Shown piece by piece: positions 1-9,771 of a DNA stretch of 64,000 bases. The stretch's first letter is position 1. The number at the start of each line of letters is the position of its first letter. Below the pieces are notes generated by a model. It searched no databases. It worked only from the letters and a program-made list of their open reading frames with translations, and was not told the DNA's origin. Both the position numbers and the translations under genes were made by a program. The DNA comes from an uncultured bacterium (GTDB lineage Bacteria; Bacillota_I; Bacilli_A; RFN20; CAG-826): positions 10,188-74,187 of the forward strand of contig CASDXP010000002.1 in the NCBI GenBank assembly GCA_949285455.1, written 5' to 3'.

Positions 1-750
1 ATGCTTAGTGTTAATTCTTATCTTTAAATATTCAAAAGCTTTCATTAAATCGACACGGTCATTCACCCCGCCGATTTCTTTTGCGTCATCGATCGTATAA
101 GCGCATACTTTATATCCATCTTTAATTGCTAGCCCTACGATATCGGTTAAGTAGTATTCATTTTGAGCGTTCTTAGGTTCAATTAAATCAATTTCCTTAT
201 ATAGAACTTCATTATCGATAAAATAAATACCAGAATTTATTTCGTTTAGATTTAATTCATCTTCTTTTAAATCTTTTGTTTCGATGATTTTTTCTACTTG
301 ACCATTAGGAAGTCTTTTAATTCTTCCATATGAATTTTTTTCATTTAGAACAGCGGTGATGATCGTCAATTTAGAATGATTTTCTTTATGAAATTCATAA
401 GCTTTTTGTAAAGTTTCCCCGCGAATTAAAGGTGAATCGCCATTTAAAACGACTGTCGTACCTTCTTCTTGATCAAGTTTTGACATGCCAGCTTTTAAAG
501 CGTCCGCTGTACCAAGTTGATGCTTTTGTTCGGTGGTTAAAGCTTTACCATAAACAATCTTTGTTAACTCTTCCGCGCCCCTACCAACGACGACGGCATT
601 ACGATCTGGTTTCAATTCGTTAACAGCATCTAAAACATATAAAATTAATGGTTTATGAAATATTTCAAAAGAACATTTCGATTTATTTTCATCTAAGGAA
701 TGCATTCTCGTCCCTTTACCGGCCGCTAAGATGACTGCGTTAAGTTTCAT
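1..750 (-). CDS. glmU: GlmU, N-acetylglucosamine-1-phosphate uridyltransferase (partial). The start codon is at 748-750; the 3' end runs off the window.
   Basis: Reverse translation gives MKLNAVILAAGKGTRM...GTADAL...GDSPLI...EINSGI...EYYLTDI, matching the GlmU uridyltransferase-domain motifs. Position relative to ispE/rsmA matches Bacillus synteny. Confidence 0.85.
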   Translation of the reverse strand, partial: MKLNAVILAAGKGTRMHSLDENKSKCSFEIFHKPLILYVLDAVNELKPDRNAVVVGRGAEELTKIVYGKALTTEQKHQLGTADALKAGMSKLDQEEGTTVVLNGDSPLIRGETLQKAYEFHKENHSKLTIITAVLNEKNSYGRIKRLPNGQVEKIIETKDLKEDELNLNEINSGIYFIDNEVLYKEIDLIEPKNAQNEYYLTDIVGLAIKDGYKVCAYTIDDAKEIGGVNDRVDLMKAFEYLKIRINTKH

Positions 751-796
751 ATATTTTTCTCTCCGTTTTACGTTTTTTATTAAATTTTTTAATCTT

Positions 797-1687
797 TTAT
801 AAATTATCTTGTCGATGAATTTTACACTTTTCTACTTCGTAGCCTAATTTATCAAAATAATTTTCAGCTTTTTTCACTAATTTCTTATTATCAGTTAAAG
901 CGAACATCGAACTACCTGAACCAGTCATCGAAACAATTTTAAAACCATAGTCTTTTAATTCTTGTTCGATTTTAGTTAATTTAGGAAGCATATCTTTTGC
1001 TGGTACATATAAAGCGTTAGATAAATTATTAGCAATTAATTCATCATCACCTTCTTCTAATCCTTTACTCACTAAATCTAGATTAGCGATCGGTAATGCT
1101 TCGTAAGTATCACTTTTATCATAAACATCTTTCGTCGATAATGGTTCGTGTGGTTTAACTAATAAACAATAGTAATCTTTTTTAATTTTGATAGGTTTTA
1201 GATGTTCCCCTACTCCATCCACTCTCGCAGGTAAACCAAGCATTAAGAAATAGACGACATCTACTCCTATCGATAAAGCTAAATCTTTTAGTTGTTTTTT
1301 TGTTGGAGTAATTTCTAACATTTTAAAGATAGCTTGTAAACAAGCGGCTGCATCGCTTGAGCCACCACCTAAACCTGCACCCATAGGAATTGATTTATGG
1401 ATGTTGATACGGAATTGTTCTTCGAAATGAAAAATCTCGCGCGCTTTAGAAATAGCAATATGCGCAAGATTATATTTAGAAGGAATGGAAACGAAACTAT
1501 CACAAGTGACGTAAGTATCATTACCGTTTGGAATAAGAGTAATTTCAATTGTGTCATGTAACGTTAAAGGTAAATAAATCGAATCGATAAGATGATAACC
1601 ATCTTCTCTTCTCCCTAAAATATTAAACCCTAAGTTTATTTTCGCATTCGCTTTGATGTACATCGTTTTACTTTTCATTAGTTTCAT
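797..1687 (-). CDS. ispE: 4-diphosphocytidyl-2-C-methyl-D-erythritol kinase (GHMP kinase). The true start may be the internal Met at about 1663.
   Basis: KINLGFNILGRREDGYH and the glycine-rich loop PMGAGLGGGSSDAAA are typical of IspE. Adjacent to rsmA as in Firmicutes. Confidence 0.85.
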   Translation of the reverse strand: MKLMKSKTMYIKANAKINLGFNILGRREDGYHLIDSIYLPLTLHDTIEITLIPNGNDTYVTCDSFVSIPSKYNLAHIAISKAREIFHFEEQFRINIHKSIPMGAGLGGGSSDAAACLQAIFKMLEITPTKKQLKDLALSIGVDVVYFLMLGLPARVDGVGEHLKPIKIKKDYYCLLVKPHEPLSTKDVYDKSDTYEALPIANLDLVSKGLEEGDDELIANNLSNALYVPAKDMLPKLTKIEQELKDYGFKIVSMTGSGSSMFALTDNKKLVKKAENYFDKLGYEVEKCKIHRQDNL

Positions 1688-1724
1688 AATTTTGATAACA
1701 ATATATTAAAACATTTTTTTACAC

Positions 1725-2531
1725 TTATGTAGTTTTTATTAAGTGTTTATACAGTTTCAAATAATTAATGTGATCGATAGTGGCGGGGCGTTTTAATGGA
1801 TCGATATTTATTTCACTTAATAATTTTCCTAAAGTGTTTTTATCTAAATGCGTAAAAAGTGATAAGTTATTCAAGATGGTTTTACGTGGATTCATAAAAC
1901 ATTTTTTCACAAATGAATAAAATTGCTTTATGTTAACATCTTTTAATTTTTCATAATCTAAACGCATATTGATAATGATCGAATCAACATGGGGTTTAGG
2001 AATAAAAAATCTTCTATTCACTTTTTTAATTTCTTTTTCACTTACCAAAAAATTTAATAAAACACTTAAAGGGTTAAAATCAAGGCTTGGAAATTTTGCA
2101 AATATTCTTTCGTAAGCATCGATTTGTATCATGATATTGATGCGCTTCGCTCTACCTTCAGTTAATAGCTTAGCGATAATGTCACTTGTGATGTAATAAG
2201 GAAGTGAACCAACAATTTGAGCATAAGTCGAAATATCAATCTTTAAAACATCATCGTTGATAACTTTAACTAATTCATCATCTCTAAATTGTTCACTTAA
2301 AAATTTAAATAAGGTTTTATCAAGTTCGACGATAGTAAGATTTTCACTCTTCTCTTTTAGAAAATAAGAAAGGTTACCTAAGCCTCCCCCAATTTCTAAA
2401 GTGGGAACATTTTCAATTTGACTTAAGAAAGATAAAGCAGTTTCATCGAATAAAAAATTTTGTCCAAGTGACTTCTTAGGCGAAGGTAAGATAGATAATG
2501 CTTGTTCGATATATTCTTTAACGTTTTCCAT
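1725..2531 (-). CDS. rsmA: 16S rRNA (adenine1518/1519-N6)-dimethyltransferase
   Basis: SLGQNFLFD and the LEIGGGLGNLS SAM motif indicate the KsgA family. Confidence 0.9.
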   Translation of the reverse strand: MENVKEYIEQALSILPSPKKSLGQNFLFDETALSFLSQIENVPTLEIGGGLGNLSYFLKEKSENLTIVELDKTLFKFLSEQFRDDELVKVINDDVLKIDISTYAQIVGSLPYYITSDIIAKLLTEGRAKRINIMIQIDAYERIFAKFPSLDFNPLSVLLNFLVSEKEIKKVNRRFFIPKPHVDSIIINMRLDYEKLKDVNIKQFYSFVKKCFMNPRKTILNNLSLFTHLDKNTLGKLLSEINIDPLKRPATIDHINYLKLYKHLIKTT

Positions 2532-2534
2532 AAT

Positions 2535-3077
2535 TTAATTTGAATAATTTTTCATCGCTTCTTCAAGTTCTTTTTTACTTATCTTATTCGCGTTAAGTTT
2601 AAACATTAATGACTTCGCATTATTGTAACCTAAATGAAAATGCTTAGAGATGAATTCTCTTCTTCGTTTAGAATCCGGAAAACCGCTAAGCTTGAGAGCG
2701 ATAAAAGTTGATAAGTCAATTTCACCTTTTTCCCGCAAAAATGAAGTAGAATAATGTTTTAAAGCTTCTAAAACTACCTCTTTTGAAGATTCCGCTACTC
2801 CGACCTTACCTTTTTTCATCGCATCGGCTTTATCGATGTAAACATTGACGAATTTATCCACGAATTTAGCAATTTCTTGACGTATTTTCATACCTGGATA
2901 ATCAGGATCGGTCAACACTACAATCGTTTTTTTATTTTGGATGCTTTTTAGGTAGTCAATTGTTTCACGTGGAACCGCAGTTCCATTGGTTATGACGCAC
3001 TCAACATCGAGGAAAGAGCGTATAAATTGTTCATCTTGTCGGCCTTCGACCACTAAAACGATATTTGATTCTTTCAT
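2535..3077 (-). CDS. rnmV: Ribonuclease M5 (TOPRIM domain)
   Basis: IVLVVEGRQDEQFIRSF...DPDYPGMKIRQ TOPRIM motifs. Conserved position between tatD and rsmA. Confidence 0.85.
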   Translation of the reverse strand: MKESNIVLVVEGRQDEQFIRSFLDVECVITNGTAVPRETIDYLKSIQNKKTIVVLTDPDYPGMKIRQEIAKFVDKFVNVYIDKADAMKKGKVGVAESSKEVVLEALKHYSTSFLREKGEIDLSTFIALKLSGFPDSKRRREFISKHFHLGYNNAKSLMFKLNANKISKKELEEAMKNYSN

Positions 3078-3853
3078 AAATTTGTTTTCACGTGAAACAA
3101 TCTAGCCACATTTTCGCTCGTGATTTTTGCAGCTTCTTCTTCACTTATATCTTTGATATTAGCGAGTGCTTTTAAGACGAGTCTTACTTGCTTTGGGGAG
3201 TTTTCTTTTCCTCTAAATGGATGGGGTGATAAATAAGGTGAATCAGTTTCCACTAAGAGCCTATCTAAGGGTGTAGCAAGACACGCTTCTTTAGGCGTTT
3301 TTGCGTTCGTAAAAGTTAAAGGCCCTCCGAAAGAAATATATAAACCTAAATCGATAAAATCTTTAACCATTTCTTTTGGACCACTATAACAATGCATCAC
3401 TCCCCCGTACAAGGGTTTAACTTCTCTTAACACTTTTAAAGTTTCATTAATCGCATCTCTAGAATGAATGATGACTGGAAGTTTTAAATTGTTCGCGTGT
3501 CTTATTTGATCTTTAAAAACATCGATTTGTAATTGTCTTTGTGATTCATCTTTTTCCCAATAAAAATCTAAACCAATTTCTCCAATAGCCACTAATTTTT
3601 TGCTTTTAATCTTTTTTACATCGTTATATTCTTCTTCGGTCGTGTTTTTTATTTCACTTGGATGAATCCCTACCGCGTAATAAACATTTTCGTATTCGCC
3701 CGCAATTAAAAGCGCACGTAAAGAAGATTTATAAGTATCACTTGGGCAGATGATGATTTTTACATCTTCTTTATAAGCTTCTTCAATTAATTCTTTTCTT
3801 TTCAAGAAAAGGCTATCATCGTTTAAATGACAATGTGAATCGATTACTAACAT
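3074..3853 (-). CDS. tatD: TatD-family metal-dependent DNase (YabD/YcfH)
   Basis: N-terminal MLVIDSHCHLND and a conserved His/Asp/Glu metal-ligand pattern. Confidence 0.85.
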   Translation of the reverse strand: MLVIDSHCHLNDDSLFLKRKELIEEAYKEDVKIIICPSDTYKSSLRALLIAGEYENVYYAVGIHPSEIKNTTEEEYNDVKKIKSKKLVAIGEIGLDFYWEKDESQRQLQIDVFKDQIRHANNLKLPVIIHSRDAINETLKVLREVKPLYGGVMHCYSGPKEMVKDFIDLGLYISFGGPLTFTNAKTPKEACLATPLDRLLVETDSPYLSPHPFRGKENSPKQVRLVLKALANIKDISEEEAAKITSENVARLFHVKTNL

Positions 3854-3855
3854 AA

Positions 3856-5175
3856 TTATTTACCTACACAAAATCTTGAAAATATTTCATCTTCAAAATC
3901 TTGATCATGATCTTCTCCTAAAATCGCTAAGCAATGCGCGTAAGCGTCTTGTAGCGAAACACTAATGATATCGATAGGTTGACCTAAGGAAGTATCTTTG
4001 ATGACTCTATCCATATCTTTATCGATTTGTGATAATAAACCAATAGCTCTTGAGTTATTAATAGAAGGCGAATGGAAATCTTCTTCTTTTAAATTTAATT
4101 TTTTTAATAGAATATCAAAAAGTGGTTTAACTTCTTTTCTTTTCGCTGATACGTAAATATATTCTTTGTTTTTATCTTTATCTTTTATTTTTTCAGATTT
4201 ATTTACCACTTTAATAACTTTATCTAACTTCACTTTAAATCCTAATGGTTCGAAGTTATTGGAATCACTTACGTGAATGATGTAATCCATTTCCTTCACT
4301 AAAGCCTTAGCTTTTTTAATACCGATATTTTCGATGAAGGAAGTATCATCATGTAAGCCTGCTGTATCGTAGAAATGGAAAGTAATACCTTTATAGTTAA
4401 CTTCTCCATCAACGATATCTCTCGTCGTTCCTTCGATCGCGGTGACGATAGCTTTTTCTTCCCCTAGAAGCGCATTTAATAAAGAAGATTTTCCGACGTT
4501 CGTGTGGCCAACGAGCATAACTTTTACACCATCTTTAATAACTTTTGCTTTTAGTCCATCTTGCATTAAATTTTTAATCATTATTTTGATGTTTCTAGCG
4601 GAATCGATAATCTTTTTCGTGTTCGCAATTTCAATATCTTCATATTCTGGATAATCGATATTTACTTCGATTAAAGCAAGTAAATCAGCGATTTTTTCTC
4701 TTAATGGTTTCACAAGTTTTGAATCATCGCCTTTTAAACCTAAAATGGCTAGGTTTCTTGCTTCTTCTGTGCGAGCTGAAATCAAATCATTAACAGCTTC
4801 TACTTGCATTAAATCCATCTTGTTATTTAAATAGGCTCTTTCAGAAAATTCACCCGGTAAAGCAAGCCTTGCTCCATACTTAATAAATAAAGAAATAATG
4901 TTATTAGCGATAAGTACACTACCGTGGCATATAATTTCAAAAGCGTTCTCGCCTGTATAGCCATGCGGGGAACAATAAGTAATAACCACTACTTGATCGA
5001 CAATTTTATCTTCGTCTTTAATATAGCCATAATAAACATTTTTATCTTTAGATAAATCGATAGGGGTGGAAAACACCTCACTAAGTAACACTAAAGCATC
5101 CTCCCCGCTCGCGCGTACAATGGCTAAGGCTGATTTAAATGGAGGTGTCGCTAAAGCAATAATTGTTTCTTGCAT
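3856..5175 (-). CDS. mnmE: tRNA modification GTPase MnmE
   Basis: G-domain motif MLVGHTNVGKSSLLNAL plus DTAG; the C-terminal CVGK tetrapeptide is a hallmark of MnmE. Confidence 0.92.
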   Translation of the reverse strand: MQETIIALATPPFKSALAIVRASGEDALVLLSEVFSTPIDLSKDKNVYYGYIKDEDKIVDQVVVITYCSPHGYTGENAFEIICHGSVLIANNIISLFIKYGARLALPGEFSERAYLNNKMDLMQVEAVNDLISARTEEARNLAILGLKGDDSKLVKPLREKIADLLALIEVNIDYPEYEDIEIANTKKIIDSARNIKIMIKNLMQDGLKAKVIKDGVKVMLVGHTNVGKSSLLNALLGEEKAIVTAIEGTTRDIVDGEVNYKGITFHFYDTAGLHDDTSFIENIGIKKAKALVKEMDYIIHVSDSNNFEPLGFKVKLDKVIKVVNKSEKIKDKDKNKEYIYVSAKRKEVKPLFDILLKKLNLKEEDFHSPSINNSRAIGLLSQIDKDMDRVIKDTSLGQPIDIISVSLQDAYAHCLAILGEDHDQDFEDEIFSRFCVGK

Positions 5176-5241
5176 GTATGTAATTATACAAAAAACTCCT
5201 AGCGTTTGGCTAAGAGTTTTATCGTTTCTAATAATTAATTA

Positions 5242-5850
5242 TTAATCTTCGTCTTTGTAACGAATGACAATATGCCTGTTTGGACCGTCCCCTTCTGATT
5301 CGGTAGAAATGTGTGGCATCTTCGCTAAAGCATTATGAATTTGTTTTCTTTCATCCGCTGGCATTGGATCAAGGGCGATAGACATTTGTCTAGTGAGAAC
5401 TTTCTTCGCTTCTCTTTTAGCGATGAAGATATCGTGACGATATTTTCTTTCTTTATAATTTTCAACATCGAGTAAAATACGGAATCTTCTTTGGAACTTC
5501 GTATTGACCGCAGCTTTCACTAATTCATTTAAGGCTTGTAAGGTCATACCTTTTTGGCCAATGACTAGAGGATTGTGATCACTATTAATAGTGATACGGA
5601 TGATATCATTATCTTTTAAAGCAACATTTGTCTTCGCTTTGACACCCGCTTCTAACAAAATGTTTAAGATGTAATCACTCGTATAATCTAAGACTTCACT
5701 TAAATCGTAAACGTCGATACTTACACTTTTTTTAAATAAAGATTTTTTCTCTTCGGTCACGATGTAAATTAATTCATCTTTTGTGATACCACTTTCTTCA
5801 CTTGCTTTATCTAAAACTTCTTCTAAAGTTTTACCAGCATATGTTTTCAT
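5242..5850 (-). CDS. jag: Jag/KhpB RNA-binding protein (KH + R3H domains)
   Basis: Sits in the conserved yidC-jag-mnmE arrangement; R3H-like C-terminus. Confidence 0.75.
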   Translation of the reverse strand: MKTYAGKTLEEVLDKASEESGITKDELIYIVTEEKKSLFKKSVSIDVYDLSEVLDYTSDYILNILLEAGVKAKTNVALKDNDIIRITINSDHNPLVIGQKGMTLQALNELVKAAVNTKFQRRFRILLDVENYKERKYRHDIFIAKREAKKVLTRQMSIALDPMPADERKQIHNALAKMPHISTESEGDGPNRHIVIRYKDED

Positions 5851-5851
5851 A

Positions 5852-7351
5852 CTAATACTTCTTTCCTTTCTTCGCTTCTTTTTGCTTCTTTTCTTTACGT
5901 TTCATAATCGCATCCATAATGAGTGTTTGGGCGATCATGATAAGTGCGCCGGCGAACCAATAAACACCCATCGCGGCAGGAAGAGTGAAGCCCATGAAGA
6001 TGATGACCACTAACATGATGTTAGAAATCCATTTCATCTGTTTATTTTGCGCAGCTTGAGCTGGATTCTTACCAAGTCTTGCTAATTTTTTAATCTTTCT
6101 TTTTTGCATCCATTGTGGAAGTTTAGTGGCTACCACCTGCGCTGTAATCATTAAAATGATTAAGACAAAAGCTGTACCCCAAGCATGCCAATCATTAAAT
6201 TGAATTAACGTCGAACCAATAGAATCAGATAATTTAAGACCAAAGATAGCGTCGCTACTTAAGATAGCTGCACCTTGCATCGCACCCCAAACAGCGATGA
6301 AGATAGGGAATTGAATAATCATCGTGATAAATGGGGCAACCATTGAAATCTTATGTTTCTTATAAAGCGCCATTTGCTCTTGCGCTAAACGTTGCTTTTC
6401 ATATTGATTAGTTTTGGAATTTGGATATTTCGCTTGAATTTTAGCAAGTTCTGGTTGGATAGCTTGCATCTTCGCTTGCGATGAAGTGGATTTAAATGTG
6501 ACGAGTAAGAGTAAACCTCTAACAATTAAAGTCACTAGAAGAATTGCACCAATTTGGCCCCATCCACCTGCACCAAAAGAACTTGCAAAGAAATCGACTA
6601 ACCAAGCGACAGGATAGACAAGTAAACCTTCAATTGGGCCAGTTTTCCAAGCATATCCCCAATCTTTCTTTTCGATACCAACTTCAATTTGTGAACCTTG
6701 TGGACCATAAGATCCATAATGACCGCCGTTGATAGAAATACAAGATCTTGTCGTAGCGACATAGTTATTCATCGTTCTTTTATATAAATTTGTAAAGTCC
6801 ATGTTAGGAACATTTTCTGGACCAAGTTCGACTGCAAGTTCTGCACTCCACTTATCCCAGTTCGCCCAAAGTTCATCGTTCGCGCCTAAGAATTTGATGT
6901 AGCCATAATTAACATAACGAGTTACACCATCGTCTTTTAATTTGTAGATTAATTCGTTGTTAACAAAAGAGGTATCAACCTCATCAGCTGCGATAGGTTC
7001 CACGAAATCTTTATTATATTGTTCAACCATTGCATCTAAGGCGCGTAAATCGATTTGAACAAAGAAATCTAAAACTGGTTGGACGATAGAGTCATTTTGA
7101 GCTTGAGTATAAACCGACATTAAAGTTGGGCTATATTCTGCACTTGTGGTGTAATAAAGATTAGGGTAGGTTTTGTGTTGAATCGCCCCTTCTGTTCCTT
7201 CTTCGACGTAACGGACGACACCTTGATCATAAGCAAACATGATAGAGGCGGTATCTTTAGGCGAGCAAAAAGAGGCTGTGCAGCCCGTCACTAATAACGC
7301 ACCAAAAAGCGCCCCAACACCATATAGAACTCTTTTAAGTTTTTTGTTCAT
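5852..7351 (-). CDS. yidC: YidC/Oxa1 membrane protein insertase with a long N-terminal lipoprotein ectodomain
   Basis: Lipobox LLVTGC near the N-terminus, then about 250 aa of soluble domain, then the YidC five-TM core with a basic C-terminal tail. Lies directly downstream of rnpA. Confidence 0.85.
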   Translation of the reverse strand: MNKKLKRVLYGVGALFGALLVTGCTASFCSPKDTASIMFAYDQGVVRYVEEGTEGAIQHKTYPNLYYTTSAEYSPTLMSVYTQAQNDSIVQPVLDFFVQIDLRALDAMVEQYNKDFVEPIAADEVDTSFVNNELIYKLKDDGVTRYVNYGYIKFLGANDELWANWDKWSAELAVELGPENVPNMDFTNLYKRTMNNYVATTRSCISINGGHYGSYGPQGSQIEVGIEKKDWGYAWKTGPIEGLLVYPVAWLVDFFASSFGAGGWGQIGAILLVTLIVRGLLLLVTFKSTSSQAKMQAIQPELAKIQAKYPNSKTNQYEKQRLAQEQMALYKKHKISMVAPFITMIIQFPIFIAVWGAMQGAAILSSDAIFGLKLSDSIGSTLIQFNDWHAWGTAFVLIILMITAQVVATKLPQWMQKRKIKKLARLGKNPAQAAQNKQMKWISNIMLVVIIFMGFTLPAAMGVYWFAGALIMIAQTLIMDAIMKRKEKKQKEAKKGKKY

Positions 7352-7683
7352 TATTTGCCTCCAAGGGAATTGAGAACTAGGCTTAACAATTCTTGTTCGT
7401 TCGTGTGGTAATCATTAATTAGGTAATTAGGTTTGATGACGATTACTAAATCGAAATTAAGTTTTGCTTCAATTAATGATTTTGCCATCACTCTTACTTG
7501 TCTTCTTATATGATTACGAACGTGAGCCTTACCTAGTTTTTTTGAAGTAGCGATACCAACTCTAATAAAGTCTTTTTGTTTGTTTTGATAATAAACGATA
7601 AAGCTACTAGATGATATTTTGTTTCTTTTCGAAACGATTTGTTTAAATTCTTTCGTATCTTTGATACGATAAAGAGTTTTCAT
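7351..7683 (-). CDS. rnpA: Ribonuclease P protein component
   Basis: RVGIATSKKLGKAHVRNHIRRQ RnpA motif. Immediately downstream of rpmH. Confidence 0.9.
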   Translation of the reverse strand: MKTLYRIKDTKEFKQIVSKRNKISSSSFIVYYQNKQKDFIRVGIATSKKLGKAHVRNHIRRQVRVMAKSLIEAKLNFDLVIVIKPNYLINDYHTNEQELLSLVLNSLGGK

Positions 7684-7691
7684 ACTATTTT

Positions 7692-7826
7692 TTAAGCGCT
7701 TATAACCTTACGTCCTTTTTGACGACGTCTCGCTAAAGTCGCGCGGCCGTTAGGAGTGGCCATACGCGCTCTAAAGCCGCTTACATTTTTATGTTGTCTT
7801 TTACTTGGTTGATATGTTCTTTTCAT
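7692..7826 (-). CDS. rpmH: 50S ribosomal protein L34 (44 aa). This ORF is below the size threshold of the ORF track.
   Basis: Reverse translation gives [44 protein letters not shown], the canonical L34 sequence. Confidence 0.95.
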   Translation of the reverse strand: MKRTYQPSKRQHKNVSGFRARMATPNGRATLARRRQKGRKVISA

Positions 7827-7949
7827 AATCTAACAGGTCCTCCGTGCAATATGCGATATAGATTATATAAGTTAATAATAATTAAAGTCAAATAAATATC
7901 TAAATTGATATTAATTAAATAAGACCCCCTCCCCTGCCTAAAAAACACA

Positions 7950-8240
7950 TAAAATAATTTATCCACAATGTTGTGAATTCCTGTGTAAAACTCTGTGAAT
8001 TATTTTAATATTCTAAGAATAGGACTAATTTTTTATAAATTAAAAGATTTGCTCGCTGTGGAAAACAATCCACAAAAACCACAATGATTTATCCACAACG
8101 AAATTTTCCACAATTTTGTCCACAATGAAAAGTTGTGGATTGTGGGAAAATCACACCTACACTAGGCTTTTTCTAGTTAATTTTGTGGATAAAATAAAAA
8201 TCAATTTATTTTTGTTTAAATTTATTGTGGAAATTGCTAT
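7950..8240. promoter_or_regulatory. oriC upstream DnaA-box cluster with AT-rich region, between rpmH and dnaA
   Basis: TTATCCACA at 7959-7967 and 8089-8097. Reverse-strand perfect box TGTGGATAA at 8185-8193. Near-consensus boxes CAATCCACA (8067), TTTTCCACA (8104), TTGTCCACA (8116), TGTGGATTG (8135) and TTGTGGAAA (8227). Confidence 0.85.
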
Positions 8241-8272
8241 TCTTTTGTTAAGACAAAAAGGAGAATAACCTT

Positions 8273-9628
8273 ATGGATAAAACAATATCGGAAATTACAC
8301 AGATCTGGGACCGCGTCTTAGCGAAGGTTAAAGATAGTGTGGATTTTAATATTTATAGTTCTTTCTTCGCGCCTACGTACGTGCATAAATTAGAAAATAA
8401 TAAGTTATATGTTGTTACGACTTCCAGCTTAGCGAAGCAACTTCTTTCTACAAATTATTTAGATTTCGTTCTTTCGATTTTGCTCGAAGAAACTCAAACA
8501 CAATATGAAATTGAATATATCTTAGAATCGGAAGTGAACGCAAAGGCGAAAAAAGTTGAAGAAAATAAACAACCTTTTTTCTCTGGTGTAAGAGTTAATC
8601 CTAATTGTACTTTTGATAATTTTATCGTAGGACCATCAAACAAAGAAGCACAACAAGCTGCTCTAATCGTCGCTTCTAATTCTGGTAAAATGTATAACCC
8701 TTTATTCATCTATTCCGACTCTGGATTAGGTAAAACTCACCTACTTCACGCGATAGGAAATTATTATAAAAAGAACAATCCAAATCGTAAGGTTTTATAT
8801 ATTCCTGCGGATGTTTTTGTCGATGAATTTGTCCGCGCTGTGCGGGGAGAATCCGATGATTCTAATATTAAAGGATATATTAATTCTGCGGATTTATTGC
8901 TCATAGATGATGTACAATTCCTCGCTAATAAGCAGCAGACACAAGAAATGTTTTTCTCTTGCTATAACACCCTTTATAACAACAATAAGCAAATCGTCAT
9001 TACAAGCGACCGCTACCCCTCTGAATTAAAAGGTCTACCTGATCGTTTAGTGTCTCGTTTCTCTTCTGGCTTGACAGTTAACATCAATAAGCCAAATGTT
9101 GAAACGTGCGTATCTATTTTAAAAAGTAAAATATCTGCTTCTGGTTTAAATACCGCTAATTTTGATGATGAAGCTTTATCATATCTTGCAAGTCAATATT
9201 CTTCCAATGTGCGTGAGCTTGAAGGTGCACTCAATTCTTTACTTTATTACAGCGTGAACGTAAAGAAATCTCAACATGTTACATTTAACGATGCATTAGA
9301 GTCTTTAGGCGGAGCGAATAGACCGTCTTCAAAAAGTAACACGATCACCGAAGCTACTATCATTAACGAAGTTGCAGATTATTATCGCTTAACCCCTTCT
9401 CAATTAACTGGAAAGATTCGCATCTCCCAAATTTCTTGGGCAAGACATGTTGCGATGTATCTTATTAGAGAAATATTAGACACACCTTTTATTAAAATTG
9501 GCACTATCTTTAGCGGGGCCCACCACACTACTGTGATGTCCGCTGTGGAAAAAATTGATCAAAAATATCGTCACGATGCAACCGTTAAACAAGCTATAGA
9601 TGAGATTAAAAAACATCTTGGTCGATAA
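8273..9628 (+). CDS. dnaA: Chromosomal replication initiator protein DnaA
   Basis: AAA+ Walker A GLGKTHLLHAIG; the C-terminal domain IV is conserved. Confidence 0.97.
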   Translation: MDKTISEITQIWDRVLAKVKDSVDFNIYSSFFAPTYVHKLENNKLYVVTTSSLAKQLLSTNYLDFVLSILLEETQTQYEIEYILESEVNAKAKKVEENKQPFFSGVRVNPNCTFDNFIVGPSNKEAQQAALIVASNSGKMYNPLFIYSDSGLGKTHLLHAIGNYYKKNNPNRKVLYIPADVFVDEFVRAVRGESDDSNIKGYINSADLLLIDDVQFLANKQQTQEMFFSCYNTLYNNNKQIVITSDRYPSELKGLPDRLVSRFSSGLTVNINKPNVETCVSILKSKISASGLNTANFDDEALSYLASQYSSNVRELEGALNSLLYYSVNVKKSQHVTFNDALESLGGANRPSSKSNTITEATIINEVADYYRLTPSQLTGKIRISQISWARHVAMYLIREILDTPFIKIGTIFSGAHHTTVMSAVEKIDQKYRHDATVKQAIDEIKKHLGR

Positions 9629-9689
9629 GCATTATTTTAATAAAATAAAAATTGTTCAAAGAGCAAAGATAATGTGATAGAATTTAAAA

Positions 9690-9760
9690 GTAGCGAAAAG
9701 AAGTTTTCCACAAAATCCACAAAATCCACAGTCGTTATTATTATTATTTATAATAAAGAA
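9690..9760. promoter_or_regulatory. Second DnaA-box cluster plus an AT-rich stretch (DUE-like) between dnaA and dnaN
   Basis: TTTTCCACA AAATCCACA AAATCCACA followed by TTATTATTATTATTTATAATAAA. This bipartite oriC is typical of Firmicutes and Mollicutes. Confidence 0.75.
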
Positions 9761-9771
9761 GGAGAGAAAAT

